DNA from: Desulfatiglandales bacterium
Lineage (GTDB): Bacteria > Desulfobacterota > DSM-4660 > Desulfatiglandales > Desulfatiglandaceae
Assembly: GCA_963666345.1 (NCBI GenBank)
Contig: OY762721.1
Location: 2,080,001 to 2,144,000 of the forward strand
Length of the DNA stretch: 64,000 nucleotides
Direction: 5' to 3'
How positions within the stretch are numbered: position 1 is the stretch's first letter; each line of letters opens with the position of its first letter. Below, one piece after another: positions 21,619 through 32,245 of this stretch. The notes beneath the pieces were generated by a model that ran no database searches, was not told where the DNA came from, and saw only the letters and a program-made list of their open reading frames with translations. The position numbers were made by a program, and so were the translations under genes.

Positions 21619-22548
21619 ATGTGGAAACGATATATTAAAGATCCGCTTTTGCTGGTCCTGGCCGCTGTTTTTCTCTTTTCATCAGGCTGCGGAACGACAA
21701 AGTCCGTTTTGAACAGCCTCAAGCCAAAGGAAGTCGCAAAAAAGATACTTCCCGGTAAGGAGTGCCTAAAGAAAAGGTTGATGGTTTTCCCATTTGTTGA
21801 CTACGCCGGATACGGGCCTGAGAGGACCGCCCGTGTTGAAAATCTTTTCATGGATTTCATGAAAAGATCACCAAACATCCTGATCGCCAAACCCGGTAAA
21901 AGAGCACCTCAGTCCCCCCAAAAGACTCCCGGAAGATTCGGCATTTTTCTGGACCCTTATCAGATCCAATTGGCCAGGGAAGAGGGAATGAACGCCCTTC
22001 TGATCGGAACCCTGAGCCCGGTTGAAATAAAAACCGAAAAAAAGGGTATATGGCCCTTTCGAAAACAACGAACCACATTTGAGGTCTCCCTTGTAATAAG
22101 CCTTGTCGATGTCAGAAGAGGAACCATAATCTTCACCCAGTCAGAATCGGAAATAGAGAGCTTTTCCACTGTGGACGCCCAGATGATGGAAGAACAGGCC
22201 ATCTTTGAGCATATCCTTAAAACCTCAATCAAAAACATATCAAAGCGGCAGGCATCAGATGCATTGGAAAGGCTTGAAGATGAGCCCTGGATGGGCACTG
22301 TCCTTGATTTTACGGGAAACAGCCTTAAGATCAATGCGGGGAGCAGGCTCGGGGCAAAAGTGGGTGATCGCTTTGAGGTCTTTGCCCCCGGTCACTGTGT
22401 ATCTTCACAGGATGGAAGGCTCTTGAATCTGGTGGGAAGAAAAATAGGAGAGATAGAGATCAATTCGTTAACGGATGAAAATTCGCTGGCCACTCCGCTA
22501 GGTGAAGGACCTTTTGAAAAAGGACAGACAATCAGATTCATGCCCTGA
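21619..22548 (+). CDS. Lipoprotein, possibly CsgG/FlgT-like fold
   Basis: Lipobox SSG-C; C-terminal INAG..LG.KVGDRFEV resembles the FlgT C-terminal domain. Confidence 0.6.
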   Translation: MWKRYIKDPLLLVLAAVFLFSSGCGTTKSVLNSLKPKEVAKKILPGKECLKKRLMVFPFVDYAGYGPERTARVENLFMDFMKRSPNILIAKPGKRAPQSPQKTPGRFGIFLDPYQIQLAREEGMNALLIGTLSPVEIKTEKKGIWPFRKQRTTFEVSLVISLVDVRRGTIIFTQSESEIESFSTVDAQMMEEQAIFEHILKTSIKNISKRQASDALERLEDEPWMGTVLDFTGNSLKINAGSRLGAKVGDRFEVFAPGHCVSSQDGRLLNLVGRKIGEIEINSLTDENSLATPLGEGPFEKGQTIRFMP

Positions 22549-24229
22549 GCATGTCCCTCGCATTGGCTACGGCATGGGGTGTAATTTTCCTTCCACCGAG
22601 CAGCCTCGCAATCTCCAGGACACGTTCTTCGCCGTTCAGCATCAAGATGGAGGTCTCGGTACGACCGTCAACGACATTTTTTGAAACCATGAAATGGACA
22701 TGCCCCTGGCTTGCAATCTGCGGGAGATGGGTGATGCAGACAATCTGATGAAACCGCGAGAGAGAAAGGAGTTTTTTCCCCACGACCTCGGCGGTGGCGC
22801 CGCTGATTCCGGAGTCGACTTCGTCAAAAATAACCGATTCGATGGAGTTTGTCTGGGCAAGTATCGTTTTGAGAGCAAGCATTATTCGAGAAAGTTCGCC
22901 TCCCGAGGCGATCCTGGAAAGGGGTCGCATCTCTTCTCCCACATTGGGAGAGATCATGAACTCAATTTTATCATAACCGTCAGGTCCTATTTCAGGGCCA
23001 TCCCCATCAGCACTGCCGGTCCCGTTCGCGGTTGAAGCCCCGAAACGTACTTCAAAACCGGTATCTTTCATATGGAGCTGCCCCAGTTCCTTTTCCACTG
23101 CCTGTTTGAGCCTCTTTGCCGCGGCCCTTCGTTTTTCGGAAAGAACGGCAGCCTTCTGTTCCATATCGACACGCAATTCGACCAGTTTTTGACTCAGTTG
23201 AGTCAATCTCTTTTTCTTTTCCTCCATTGTGTAAAAGGCCGATTCAAGACGCTCCCCATACCGGAGGATTTCCTCTATGCCTGAGCCATACTTTCTCTTG
23301 AGACCGTTAATCAGATCGATCCTGCTCAGGACCTCGTCAAGCAGTGAGGTATCCATATTTATCGATTCCTTGAAATCCCTGAGCGAAAAGGCGGTATCTT
23401 CCACCTTAACAAGGATGTCTGAAAGCTCATCTCTGGCCGAACTGATCCTTGAATCGATTTCCGCAACCCTGTCCATTCTCTTTATGCATCTTGAAATAAC
23501 GGATGTTACAGATTCCTCGGCTTCATAAAGGACCTCCAGGGCCTCGGCGGATATCTCAAGCAGATCCTCCGAGTTCTGAAGCCTCCTTTTCTCCTTTTCC
23601 AGGGCGTCATCTTCCCCCGGTGTCAGCCTGGCCTTTTCTATCTCATCTATCTGAAACCGGTGAAGGGCATCTCTTTCCTCCTCTTCCCTCAATACCCTGT
23701 CAAGTACCCTTGTCTCATCCCTTACGGATATGTAATCGGCATAAACGGATCTCATCTCTTCCCTCAGGCCTGCCAGCATCCCGAAGGCATCCAGTAGAGG
23801 CATATGGTTTTCCGGCCTTAAAAGCTGCTGATGTTCATGTTGACCTGAGATGCTTATGAGTCTTGTTCCCAGGCGGGAAAGCATCTGCAGGGTGGCAAGG
23901 GTCCCGTTTATTGTTATCTTGTTTCGACCCTCCCTGAAGATGCTTCTGCTGATGAGAAGCTCTCCGCCAAATGAGGTGCCCAGTTCGGCGGCCAGTTCAT
24001 CGCAAAGGGGGCCTTTAGGAAAATCAAAAAGGGCCTCCACCCTTGCCTCGTCACAACCGCTTCTTATGAGCTCAGAGTAGGCCCTGCCTCCCAGGATCAG
24101 GTTCATGGCATTAATGATTATCGATTTTCCCGCCCCTGTCTCCCCGGAAAGGGTGTTTAGCCCTGATCCAAGAGTAATCTCGAGATGCCTTATAATCGCA
24201 AAATTGGTGATGTTAAGCTGTAAAAGCAT
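22538..24229 (-). CDS. recN: DNA repair protein RecN
   Basis: GETGAGKS, SGGELSRIML, FDEVDSG, CITHLPQIA. Confidence 0.97.
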   Translation of the reverse strand: MLLQLNITNFAIIRHLEITLGSGLNTLSGETGAGKSIIINAMNLILGGRAYSELIRSGCDEARVEALFDFPKGPLCDELAAELGTSFGGELLISRSIFREGRNKITINGTLATLQMLSRLGTRLISISGQHEHQQLLRPENHMPLLDAFGMLAGLREEMRSVYADYISVRDETRVLDRVLREEEERDALHRFQIDEIEKARLTPGEDDALEKEKRRLQNSEDLLEISAEALEVLYEAEESVTSVISRCIKRMDRVAEIDSRISSARDELSDILVKVEDTAFSLRDFKESINMDTSLLDEVLSRIDLINGLKRKYGSGIEEILRYGERLESAFYTMEEKKKRLTQLSQKLVELRVDMEQKAAVLSEKRRAAAKRLKQAVEKELGQLHMKDTGFEVRFGASTANGTGSADGDGPEIGPDGYDKIEFMISPNVGEEMRPLSRIASGGELSRIMLALKTILAQTNSIESVIFDEVDSGISGATAEVVGKKLLSLSRFHQIVCITHLPQIASQGHVHFMVSKNVVDGRTETSILMLNGEERVLEIARLLGGRKITPHAVANARDMLRA

Positions 24230-24238
24230 ATTTAACCG

Positions 24239-26062
24239 CTATATCTGCTCCCATGTGACCCGTAATACCTCCTGGTAGGTGGTCTTGCCTTCAAGGAGTT
24301 TTTTGACCGCATTTTCCCTAAGAGAAACCATTCCGTCTTTTCTTGCCTGCGCCCTGATCGCCTCAATATCAGCCGCCGAAGTAATGAGCCGCTTAAGGGA
24401 TTCCGTACAGGTCAGGACCTCAAAAGCCCCTGTTCTGCCGAAATACCCTGTGCCGCGGCACTTTGCACAGCCTCTTCCGCGGAAAAGCTTAACCGGACCG
24501 TTTTTCCCGGTATCTATGCCAAGCCGTTTCAATTCCCCGCTTTCCATCTCAAAGGACTCTTTACAATGCCTGCATATACTCCTTACAAGGCGTTGCGCCA
24601 GCACCCCGGTAAGGGTTGACTGAACCAGGAATGAAGGAATTCCAAGGTCCAACAGCCGGGACACCGCAGACGGCGCGTCATTGGTGTGAAGAGTAGATAG
24701 CACCAGATGCCCTGTCAATGCCGCCTGGATTGCGTTTTCCGCTGTTTCAAGATCTCTCATCTCGCCTACCATAATGATATCAGGGTCCTGCCTCAACATG
24801 CTTCGAAGTATGGACCCGAACGTGACCCCGACGGCCGGCTGAACCGCTATCTGGTTAAACTCCTCATACACCATTTCGATCGGATCTTCTATGGTCATTA
24901 TGTTGATTTCCGGTGAGGACAGAGATCTAAGCGCGGAATAGAGGGTCGTAGACTTACCGCTGCCCGTAGGTCCGCACACGAGCACTATTCCATGAGGCAT
25001 GTCTATAAACTGCTCGAACCGGATAAGGTCTTCCGAGGTAAAACCGAGCCTCTTTAGGTCCTGGAAAAGGACCCCTGGATCCATTATCCTCATAACCACC
25101 TTTTCTCCAAAGGCGACAGGGGTGGTCGACACCCTGATTTCCGCCTCTATTCCACCTTTATCGGTCTTGATCCTTCCATCCTGCGGCCTTCTTTTTTCTG
25201 CCATATCAAGTCGGGACAGGTTCTTGATCCTGCTTATGATGGCTGAGTGAACATTCTTGGGAAGGGAATATACGGTGTGAAGGACTCCGTCTATCCTGAG
25301 CCGTACAATGGATTTATCCCTTTTGGGCTCGATATGGATATCGCTTGCCCTCTGGTCGAATGCATAGCTCAGAAGATGGTTTACCGCCTTGACGATATGC
25401 TGATCATTTGAAGGCAGTTCTCCTGCCGATTTAAGCCGGACATACTGTTCCAGGTTTCCCAGGTCCACAGAGGGCCCTGCAAATTGATTCTCAGCGGCCG
25501 CAATGGAGCGTTTGAAACCGTAAAATTCATCTATAAGCTTTATTATGTCGGTCTTTGCGCTTACAACGGGTCTTATCTTCATATGGCTGACACGGGCTAT
25601 GTCTTCAAACACCTCCTGGTTGAATGGGTCGGCCGTTGCAACAGTCAGTCTTCCCTTGTCAACGGAAAGAGGGAGCACGAGGTGTTTCATGGCAAACGAG
25701 CGGGGGATCGTGCCTGTCACCACATTCATATCGAGCTCCAATGGGTCTATCTTTATATAGGGGATACTGCATTCATCGGCCAGGTTCTGATATATCACCT
25801 CTTCATCAACAACCTGTTCCGGATCATCCGCCCTGTCCAGGTTAAGAGCGGCAATAACGTCTATGATATCTACCGGTAAAATGGCCCCGGACTTGGAGGT
25901 AGTGGAGGCCTGCCTCATGGTCCTGAGCCGCTCAAGTTTCTGCTTGAGAAGGCCCCTTTTCCTTAAGATCTCCTCTGTCTGACCGGAAGAAAGGATTCCC
26001 CTTTTGAGCAGCATCGAGCAGACCGCCTCAGCGGTAAACTGTTTTTGGCCGAATGCATCCAT
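24239..26062 (-). CDS. GspE/PilB-family assembly ATPase
   Basis: ASDIHIEP, GPTGSGKS, LRQDPD, TLHTND; Zn motif CRHC...CAKC. Confidence 0.92.
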   Translation of the reverse strand: MDAFGQKQFTAEAVCSMLLKRGILSSGQTEEILRKRGLLKQKLERLRTMRQASTTSKSGAILPVDIIDVIAALNLDRADDPEQVVDEEVIYQNLADECSIPYIKIDPLELDMNVVTGTIPRSFAMKHLVLPLSVDKGRLTVATADPFNQEVFEDIARVSHMKIRPVVSAKTDIIKLIDEFYGFKRSIAAAENQFAGPSVDLGNLEQYVRLKSAGELPSNDQHIVKAVNHLLSYAFDQRASDIHIEPKRDKSIVRLRIDGVLHTVYSLPKNVHSAIISRIKNLSRLDMAEKRRPQDGRIKTDKGGIEAEIRVSTTPVAFGEKVVMRIMDPGVLFQDLKRLGFTSEDLIRFEQFIDMPHGIVLVCGPTGSGKSTTLYSALRSLSSPEINIMTIEDPIEMVYEEFNQIAVQPAVGVTFGSILRSMLRQDPDIIMVGEMRDLETAENAIQAALTGHLVLSTLHTNDAPSAVSRLLDLGIPSFLVQSTLTGVLAQRLVRSICRHCKESFEMESGELKRLGIDTGKNGPVKLFRGRGCAKCRGTGYFGRTGAFEVLTCTESLKRLITSAADIEAIRAQARKDGMVSLRENAVKKLLEGKTTYQEVLRVTWEQI

Positions 26063-26240
26063 CTGTTTAAACTCTTGTCCGAGATGACATTATTATCTTT
26101 GGTTCTTATCAGACGAGGTTTGATATGAGACTGCCGGAGGCAAACCACTACCCAAGGGCCGATCAATTAACGCCTCGTGATCAAAAGGCAATCCTTATCT
26201 TTACACCTTGAGCTGATTGTCCTTTACATAAGCATTTCTG

Positions 26241-26702
26241 CTAGTTCACATGTTCCCATTCAGGCACGTTATCATAGAAGCCGTAACTGCGCAGATTCCC
26301 CTTTTGAGGCAGCTTGTAGATCTCTCTTGCTGCCAGACGGTCCTTTCCCAGACCATACCCCCTCACAAAGACCCTCTGACCCTTTTTAAGGCTTTTGATG
26401 CTTATCTTTGCCCCATTTGCATTCATAACCATAGTCTGAAAGCGGTGGCCGCCCTCGACAAAATCCATTAATTCGATCTTTTTTTCAGCCACTATCAGGT
26501 AGCCGGAGTATATATGGAGCTCCATTATAGTTGCATTCAGGTCAAAGAAGTCGGTATCCTCAAGCTCCTTTGGATCTATCCTGTCGGCAGCAAAAATTGG
26601 AGAAAAGATCAAAACGCAAAAGAATGCCATGACAGACACCTTTAAAAGCGGTCTTGCGGCTATATCCTTTAACATGTTATCCCCCTTGTAAATACTACTC
26701 AT
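26241..26702 (-). CDS. Exported hypothetical protein (start may be about 27 nt later); positionally PilY2-like
   Basis: Signal-peptide-like N terminus, beta-rich body; directly after pilY1. Confidence 0.6.
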   Translation of the reverse strand: MSSIYKGDNMLKDIAARPLLKVSVMAFFCVLIFSPIFAADRIDPKELEDTDFFDLNATIMELHIYSGYLIVAEKKIELMDFVEGGHRFQTMVMNANGAKISIKSLKKGQRVFVRGYGLGKDRLAAREIYKLPQKGNLRSYGFYDNVPEWEHVN

Positions 26703-26789
26703 CCCTCAAAATATCCCTGATCCACCATCAAGGCAGCATCTGTTCCACTTATGCGGGATTGTCTCGAATCCATTGATTTTCATATCGAC

Positions 26790-29765
26790 TTAAAAAAGCT
26801 GTCTCCAGTAGAAGAGATTTACATCCGGCGCATCAGCCACATCCTCGGTAACGACACCCCCCTCGATTCCAAGATACATCTTGGGACCGCTTTCATGAAT
26901 GGCGATTACCGGCGCAGACGGTATGGCGGTACCTACCACCTTGCTCCTGTCAAGTTTTCCACGCTCGACTATCTCGCCTTCCGCATCGGTTTCCGTAACA
27001 TCGCTGTAATCCATAACAGCGCCGCCTGTCCTGTAATCAAGGGCGTAAAGTCTTGCAGTACCCCTTGTCTCGGCCACGGCGCAAGGGTCATCTTCCCCAC
27101 CCTCTTCCCCCGCTTCAGGAGTGTAGGTGGTCAGATATATGACTCCTGCAAAGGCGCGGGGCGAAGAGGTGATCTTTTCACCTAAATCTTCAAGCCTTAT
27201 GTACCATCCCTTTGCATCGGCCAGGGCCTCTGCGGTCTGTACCTTTTCATCCTCTGTCCCAAGCTGGATGAGATCGGCTGTTACATCCACGAGGTCGGAT
27301 TCATCAATGGTTGTAAAGCTGCCGATATCGTCCCAGCTGCTTTTTATCGCGTAAAGCCTGTTTACCACCCCGGTCTCGCCAGGATCAGCCCGATCACCGG
27401 TACCTAAAAAGATCATCTCTCCATAGGTTTCAGCAACCGCATCAGGGGCGTAAAAGATCTTTCTCTGAACCCCGTCCACGGCCGAGGCTGAAAAGAGTTT
27501 TCTTGCCACCCATGTTCCGTCACCATTGTCATCTTCAACCGCAAAGACATCACCCCCCATATCGCCCGCATACACGCGGTTTACATATCCGTTACCATTA
27601 CGGTCAAAACCTGAGACATCCACTATGCTGTTAGTCATCCCGCCAAAATTTGAGGCGTTTACATTAAGACTGCTTATGGCCCCGTCCGTAACCCTGACGG
27701 TAAAAATCGCCTTTCCGACTCCATCGGTTGCCGCTGGTGTTTCTGCATCCTGGTTGTTGTCATAACCTCCACCCAGGAGAAAGACCGTGTCGGAACCGGT
27801 CGCGGTCTTTATCCCGCATATCTCAGGCTTACACCAAGACTGACCCAGCTCGGCATCCCCTCCGCCCAGGGCGTTTGCGCCTATGGAATAGAGCCTTGAA
27901 GGTGATGTCGCGCTTGTTACGTCCAGGCCGTAGTAGCTGGTCCCGCCCCTTCTTTCCCCAAAAAAGAGGATCTTCTGGCTCGTCCCTGAATACAGGACAG
28001 GGGAGCCGTCCACAAAATAGTCGTGGTCGTCGTTTGAAAGAAGCTGGAGCCTTGGCATCTGGTCTTCAGGTATATATGCCCACAGCTCGCTTCCGTCGCT
28101 GTCGTCAAAACAGTGTAGCATTCCGTCGTTGCTTCCCACAAAGACCTTGGTATCCGTGGATGAATAATGAACCACGGCAGGCTCTGAATGGAGGATATCC
28201 CCGAAGATCCAGAACCTTGTCCCGCCGTGAATATCGCTAATTATGGTGTCACGCTGGCCGTCGGTTGATACATTAAGAACCCCCCTGGTAATAAGAGAGT
28301 TGCTCGATACAAAGGAATTATCCGAGTGGGTCAGAGCCGACTCGGTCCCCATGTATGCATAGATGTTCCTTGTGCTCTGATCAAGGAGCAGGTCTCCGAC
28401 ACCGCCTGCCGCCACATTGGGGCCGTCGGCGGAAACAGACCAGTAGGAGCGGGCATTGTCCTTTATTCGGCCGTCAGTCAGGGTGGCTGCCTGTCCGTCC
28501 TGATCTATTATGGCACCTGAAGCGTCAAGGCCGTATTTCTTTACATTTCCGAGCCACCTGCCGGAATTCTGAGGCTTGAAAAAGCCCAGGTAAAGCCTGT
28601 CTCCCGCGTAGGTCCTGTTCATTCGGCTTACAGGAACCACAGGGGCCACAAACACGGCGTTTTCCTCGCTTATATTTGCCATTATCTCTTCAAAGGCCTC
28701 TGAGAGGGCCGAATAATTGGTTGCAGTATAGTAAAGGCCTCCCCCGTTTGATGCGGTTTCTTCAAGCAGAGTCTGGTTTGTCTGAAATCCGATGGTGTAG
28801 GTAATGATGCTCTGTTTTTCAAAAGACGTGCCTGAGCCAAGGCTTGGATTGCAATCCCTTTCATACAGATACCTGGCCACATCGTCCAGGTAATCGGATC
28901 CGCTACTCCCGTAACTTCCCGGATCATTCCCGTCCCCGTCATAGTCGCCTATATTGTCTCCGTTTATATAGGTACCGGATGTGAGCCTCCAGTCTATATC
29001 CTGTGTGGGCTCCCCGTCGGTCATAAGTATTATGTAGTTTTTCTGGCACCGCTCCTCCATCGGGCTTGTGTAGTTGACCCCGCTGTTATACCAGCTGTCC
29101 ATGCCGGCAAAGTAGAGCCCCGCCTCTGCAAGGGTTTCTGCAAGGGGGGTCCAGTCGCTGGCGGGAAGTGCGGCCACACTGGTTAACAGGGTGGCCTTGC
29201 TGGTTCCGCATGGCTCAACAAGACGCCCGCCCTGGGTGCTATTGAACCTGAAAAGGCCGAAACGCACATTTTCCGTTTCATTAATGAGATCTGAGATGAC
29301 CTCTTTTGCCACATCTATCCTTGATCTGTAGGCACCTCCGCCTGAGGCCACGTAGTTCATGAAATTACCCACGCGCAATTGCTTATAAGTCCCGCCGCAT
29401 ATGCCGTGGTAAACCCCCCCGATGTAGCTGCGATTAAGTCTTTTGTAGCAGTATCCGTCCGTTAGCAGGGCATTCTTTACATCCTGGCAGTCGACATAAT
29501 CGATATGGCTGATATACTCGTACCATGAGTAATAATATCTCCTGTAGACCTTGTTGCTGTTGTATGGTCCGGAATAAGTGACTGCCGGATCATAAGGGTC
29601 GCCCGGGACATCCTGGGTAGCCATACTCCCGGAAGTATCAAAGATAATGAGTACATTGGGCTGAAGAGACACAGTCACGGTGCCGTATATCTCCGTGTCG
29701 TCACCCTGTGAGATTGCCGGAAAAAGCATAAGAAGCATCAGGCTCACTACTACGGCCCGTTTCAT
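26790..29765 (-). CDS. pilY1: PilY1/PilC type IV pilus tip adhesin (vWA + beta-propeller)
   Basis: MIDAS DTSGS, TPLAETL, LMTDGEP, GDILHSEP, SNDGMLH.F, GTGDR; RBS GGAGGA before the ATG at 29765. Confidence 0.92.
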   Translation of the reverse strand: MKRAVVVSLMLLMLFPAISQGDDTEIYGTVTVSLQPNVLIIFDTSGSMATQDVPGDPYDPAVTYSGPYNSNKVYRRYYYSWYEYISHIDYVDCQDVKNALLTDGYCYKRLNRSYIGGVYHGICGGTYKQLRVGNFMNYVASGGGAYRSRIDVAKEVISDLINETENVRFGLFRFNSTQGGRLVEPCGTSKATLLTSVAALPASDWTPLAETLAEAGLYFAGMDSWYNSGVNYTSPMEERCQKNYIILMTDGEPTQDIDWRLTSGTYINGDNIGDYDGDGNDPGSYGSSGSDYLDDVARYLYERDCNPSLGSGTSFEKQSIITYTIGFQTNQTLLEETASNGGGLYYTATNYSALSEAFEEIMANISEENAVFVAPVVPVSRMNRTYAGDRLYLGFFKPQNSGRWLGNVKKYGLDASGAIIDQDGQAATLTDGRIKDNARSYWSVSADGPNVAAGGVGDLLLDQSTRNIYAYMGTESALTHSDNSFVSSNSLITRGVLNVSTDGQRDTIISDIHGGTRFWIFGDILHSEPAVVHYSSTDTKVFVGSNDGMLHCFDDSDGSELWAYIPEDQMPRLQLLSNDDHDYFVDGSPVLYSGTSQKILFFGERRGGTSYYGLDVTSATSPSRLYSIGANALGGGDAELGQSWCKPEICGIKTATGSDTVFLLGGGYDNNQDAETPAATDGVGKAIFTVRVTDGAISSLNVNASNFGGMTNSIVDVSGFDRNGNGYVNRVYAGDMGGDVFAVEDDNGDGTWVARKLFSASAVDGVQRKIFYAPDAVAETYGEMIFLGTGDRADPGETGVVNRLYAIKSSWDDIGSFTTIDESDLVDVTADLIQLGTEDEKVQTAEALADAKGWYIRLEDLGEKITSSPRAFAGVIYLTTYTPEAGEEGGEDDPCAVAETRGTARLYALDYRTGGAVMDYSDVTETDAEGEIVERGKLDRSKVVGTAIPSAPVIAIHESGPKMYLGIEGGVVTEDVADAPDVNLFYWRQLF

Positions 29766-29806
29766 GGCTGTTCCTCCTGATGATTTAAAATTGTTCAACT
29801 ACCAAC

Positions 29807-30328
29807 CTATGGTTTGTTAAATGCCTTCCAAACACCTGCCTGGATTCGGGTATTGCCCGCCTGAGATACGGTTGTAATACCGTAGCGGCGAACCTCGAAA
29901 TATTTCATGCTGTATCCCGACCCGGCGGGAGGGGGCATAATATGCTCACCAACCGGCACGTCGTTCGCGTTTCCGCTCAACCCCGTCACATCCGTGCCGC
30001 TTGCCTCTATGCAGCGAACCTCGGCGGTTGCGTCATCCGTCCCGTCAGAGTCATAGTCAACATTTCCCGTATAGGCGGCCACGGTTTCGTCCGCGGTCAG
30101 AAACCCTATGGTCAGCCATGTGGCTGAGGACTCAACCGTATCAAGGAGGGCCGCCTCGACCGTGTAAAAATCATTTACGATCTGCCTTTCATTCGCGGAT
30201 ACACGAATCTCCGTATCAGAGGTCCTGGTGGCCGCAATCCCGATTATGGTAATCATGACAAGAATCAGTATCGCGGCCGCAAGCACAAACCCCTCTTCGT
30301 TTTGAACCACCCTTTTCAGAACTCCCAT
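29807..30328 (-). CDS. pilX: PilX-like minor pilin
   Basis: EG|FVLAAAILIL prepilin-like leader lacking Glu5; gene order. Confidence 0.8.
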   Translation of the reverse strand: MGVLKRVVQNEEGFVLAAAILILVMITIIGIAATRTSDTEIRVSANERQIVNDFYTVEAALLDTVESSATWLTIGFLTADETVAAYTGNVDYDSDGTDDATAEVRCIEASGTDVTGLSGNANDVPVGEHIMPPPAGSGYSMKYFEVRRYGITTVSQAGNTRIQAGVWKAFNKP

Positions 30329-30345
30329 AGGTTTCCCCCTTGAGC

Positions 30346-30984
30346 CTAAAGGCTCAGATTCCTGCAGATCACCCTGGTATTAAGGGTCCTTGTAAAATTT
30401 TTGCCGTGCCCGTCAACCCCCTGGCATGTCATTGAAATGGCAACGGCCCTTACATCTTCAAGATCGGAGGCGGAAACCGGTACCGTAAGGTTGTTCCCAT
30501 CCTTATCAAGATAGCTGAAGGCAAGAGCGCTTACGTTCGTTATGACGGTCTGGGTGCTCTCGCTTCCCGTCCCCTCGTAAAGACACTGCTCGAGCCTCCT
30601 GTTTCCCGCATCATATTCATAGGTTATCCTTTCACTGTCCGATTCCTCTATTGTCCCGTCCAGATCCATATCCGCTGTAAAGCGTATCTTTGCGGAGGTG
30701 GCCTCCTTTATGCCGGCACCATGGCCGTCCACGGAATCATTTGCAGGTCCTATCGGATCAAGGCCTGCCATTCTCATGTTCCTTACCATGAATGCGAGCC
30801 CCAGTCTGACCCCCTGCTGGGCCTCCGCAACGCTGTCCTGAGTATGATACGATCTGTTTGAAGAGATAAAGATCCCGTAAATAGCTCCCAGTACCACGCC
30901 TACTACGGCCATTGCGACAAGAAGCTCGACAAGCGTAAAACCTTTCCGGTCAAATGGGTGTGAAAGGCGTGATTTGCGTGACAT
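30346..30984 (-). CDS. pilW: PilW-like minor pilin
   Basis: KG|FTLVELLVAM; RMAG motif. Confidence 0.82.
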   Translation of the reverse strand: MSRKSRLSHPFDRKGFTLVELLVAMAVVGVVLGAIYGIFISSNRSYHTQDSVAEAQQGVRLGLAFMVRNMRMAGLDPIGPANDSVDGHGAGIKEATSAKIRFTADMDLDGTIEESDSERITYEYDAGNRRLEQCLYEGTGSESTQTVITNVSALAFSYLDKDGNNLTVPVSASDLEDVRAVAISMTCQGVDGHGKNFTRTLNTRVICRNLSL

Positions 30985-31424
30985 CAGTTTCCCCCTCCCC
31001 GGGTAATGGTATCTATGACCACCCGCCTGTTATAACCGGCCTCACTCCAGGCTACGGTTACCGTTATTAGACGTGAAAAACCGGAGTGGTTCGCGACAAC
31101 CCAGGTACGGTTGAACGCTCCGCCCCCTGCGCCTGTCTCATCTACCGGGTTATTGGGGTCGCTGTAATTTCCCGGGGTAAGGGCCGCGGAGCTAAGGCCT
31201 GAATTCTTGAGGGTCTCAATCTGGGCCTCAGCAAGAAAAGTGGCGGCGGTCAGACGATTTCCGGATCGATTTCCACCGATGGCGCTCAGCTGCATCGTGG
31301 CGACAGCCAGAAGACCTATGGCGAAGATGGAAATGGCAATCAGGACCTCCAGAAGGGTGAAGCCATTTTGACCGGATATGAGTTTTTTTGGCATGCTTGG
31401 ATTCTCCATCGACTCTTGGATCAA
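30984..31424 (-). CDS. pilV: PilV-like minor pilin (start uncertain)
   Basis: NG|FTLLEVLIAISIFAIGLLA; C-terminal VTVAW. Confidence 0.85.
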   Translation of the reverse strand: MIQESMENPSMPKKLISGQNGFTLLEVLIAISIFAIGLLAVATMQLSAIGGNRSGNRLTAATFLAEAQIETLKNSGLSSAALTPGNYSDPNNPVDETGAGGGAFNRTWVVANHSGFSRLITVTVAWSEAGYNRRVVIDTITRGGGN

Positions 31425-31954
31425 TCAACATCGGTCCATGAGCCGCCGTTTGAACTTTCCTGTATCCGTACGTGACCCACCAGAGAGAGGCTGATTCCCC
31501 TGTAGTTGTTCTTGGTGTTCTTCATATATATGTGGCCGCCCAGTCCGTTAGGCAGCCCTCGTCCGTCAAAGCGGCACCTGGGAACCCCACCTGAAAAACC
31601 TGCATCATACATGTTTACCCCTTCAGGCATCTGCACACTCCTTATGAGTTGCTCGGTTCCGTCCTGAACCCAGTTATCGGCAGTCCCGCCTCCGCTCCCG
31701 TTATCAACGAACATGGAATATCTGTTGCCCCCGGTATTGCAGACAAACGCGACACTGGTGTTTTCACGGATCGCCCTCAGCTTGGCAAGCTCCATATCGG
31801 ATTTTATATCACGAACAGCAGCCTTAAGACGCATGTCGGGAACCATGCGCGAATAGGTGGGGATTCCTACCGCCATAAGCAGGGAAATGATTGCCAACAC
31901 CACTATAAGCTCAAAAATCGTGAAGCCTGACCGCCCTGTCTCAACAACTCCCAT
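31421..31954 (-). CDS. fimT: FimT/FimU (GspH-like) minor pilin
   Basis: SG|FTIFELIVVL; AKLRAI; FDGRG. Confidence 0.82.
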   Translation of the reverse strand: MGVVETGRSGFTIFELIVVLAIISLLMAVGIPTYSRMVPDMRLKAAVRDIKSDMELAKLRAIRENTSVAFVCNTGGNRYSMFVDNGSGGGTADNWVQDGTEQLIRSVQMPEGVNMYDAGFSGGVPRCRFDGRGLPNGLGGHIYMKNTKNNYRGISLSLVGHVRIQESSNGGSWTDVD

Positions 31955-32027
31955 ATCCGATAACCCTCCCGGCTTGTTTAGCCTGCCCGATTGAGGAGGC
32001 CCTCCGGTCCCTTACTGAAATGATTTC

Positions 32028-32043
32028 AGCAAAAACCGTGCCT
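32028..32043 (-). promoter_or_regulatory. Sigma-54 (-24/-12) promoter of the minor pilin operon
   Basis: AGGCACGGTTTTTGCT on the minus strand = GG-N10-GC, about 75 nt upstream of fimT. Confidence 0.7.
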
Positions 32044-32245
32044 CAAAGATAACAGACATGGCCGTATCGACAAATTACAATAAAATTCAAAGTGTTACCA
32101 GCAAAACACAAAAAGGCTGGCCTGTTCGACCTGGTCGATTTATCTGTAAATTAAATTGTCAATCGTAAAGTTTTTTAACAGTCTAAAAATCATTTCCCTG
32201 GCCGCAAGATCCCTGATATGGTAGCAAAAAAATTAACTCAATGAT

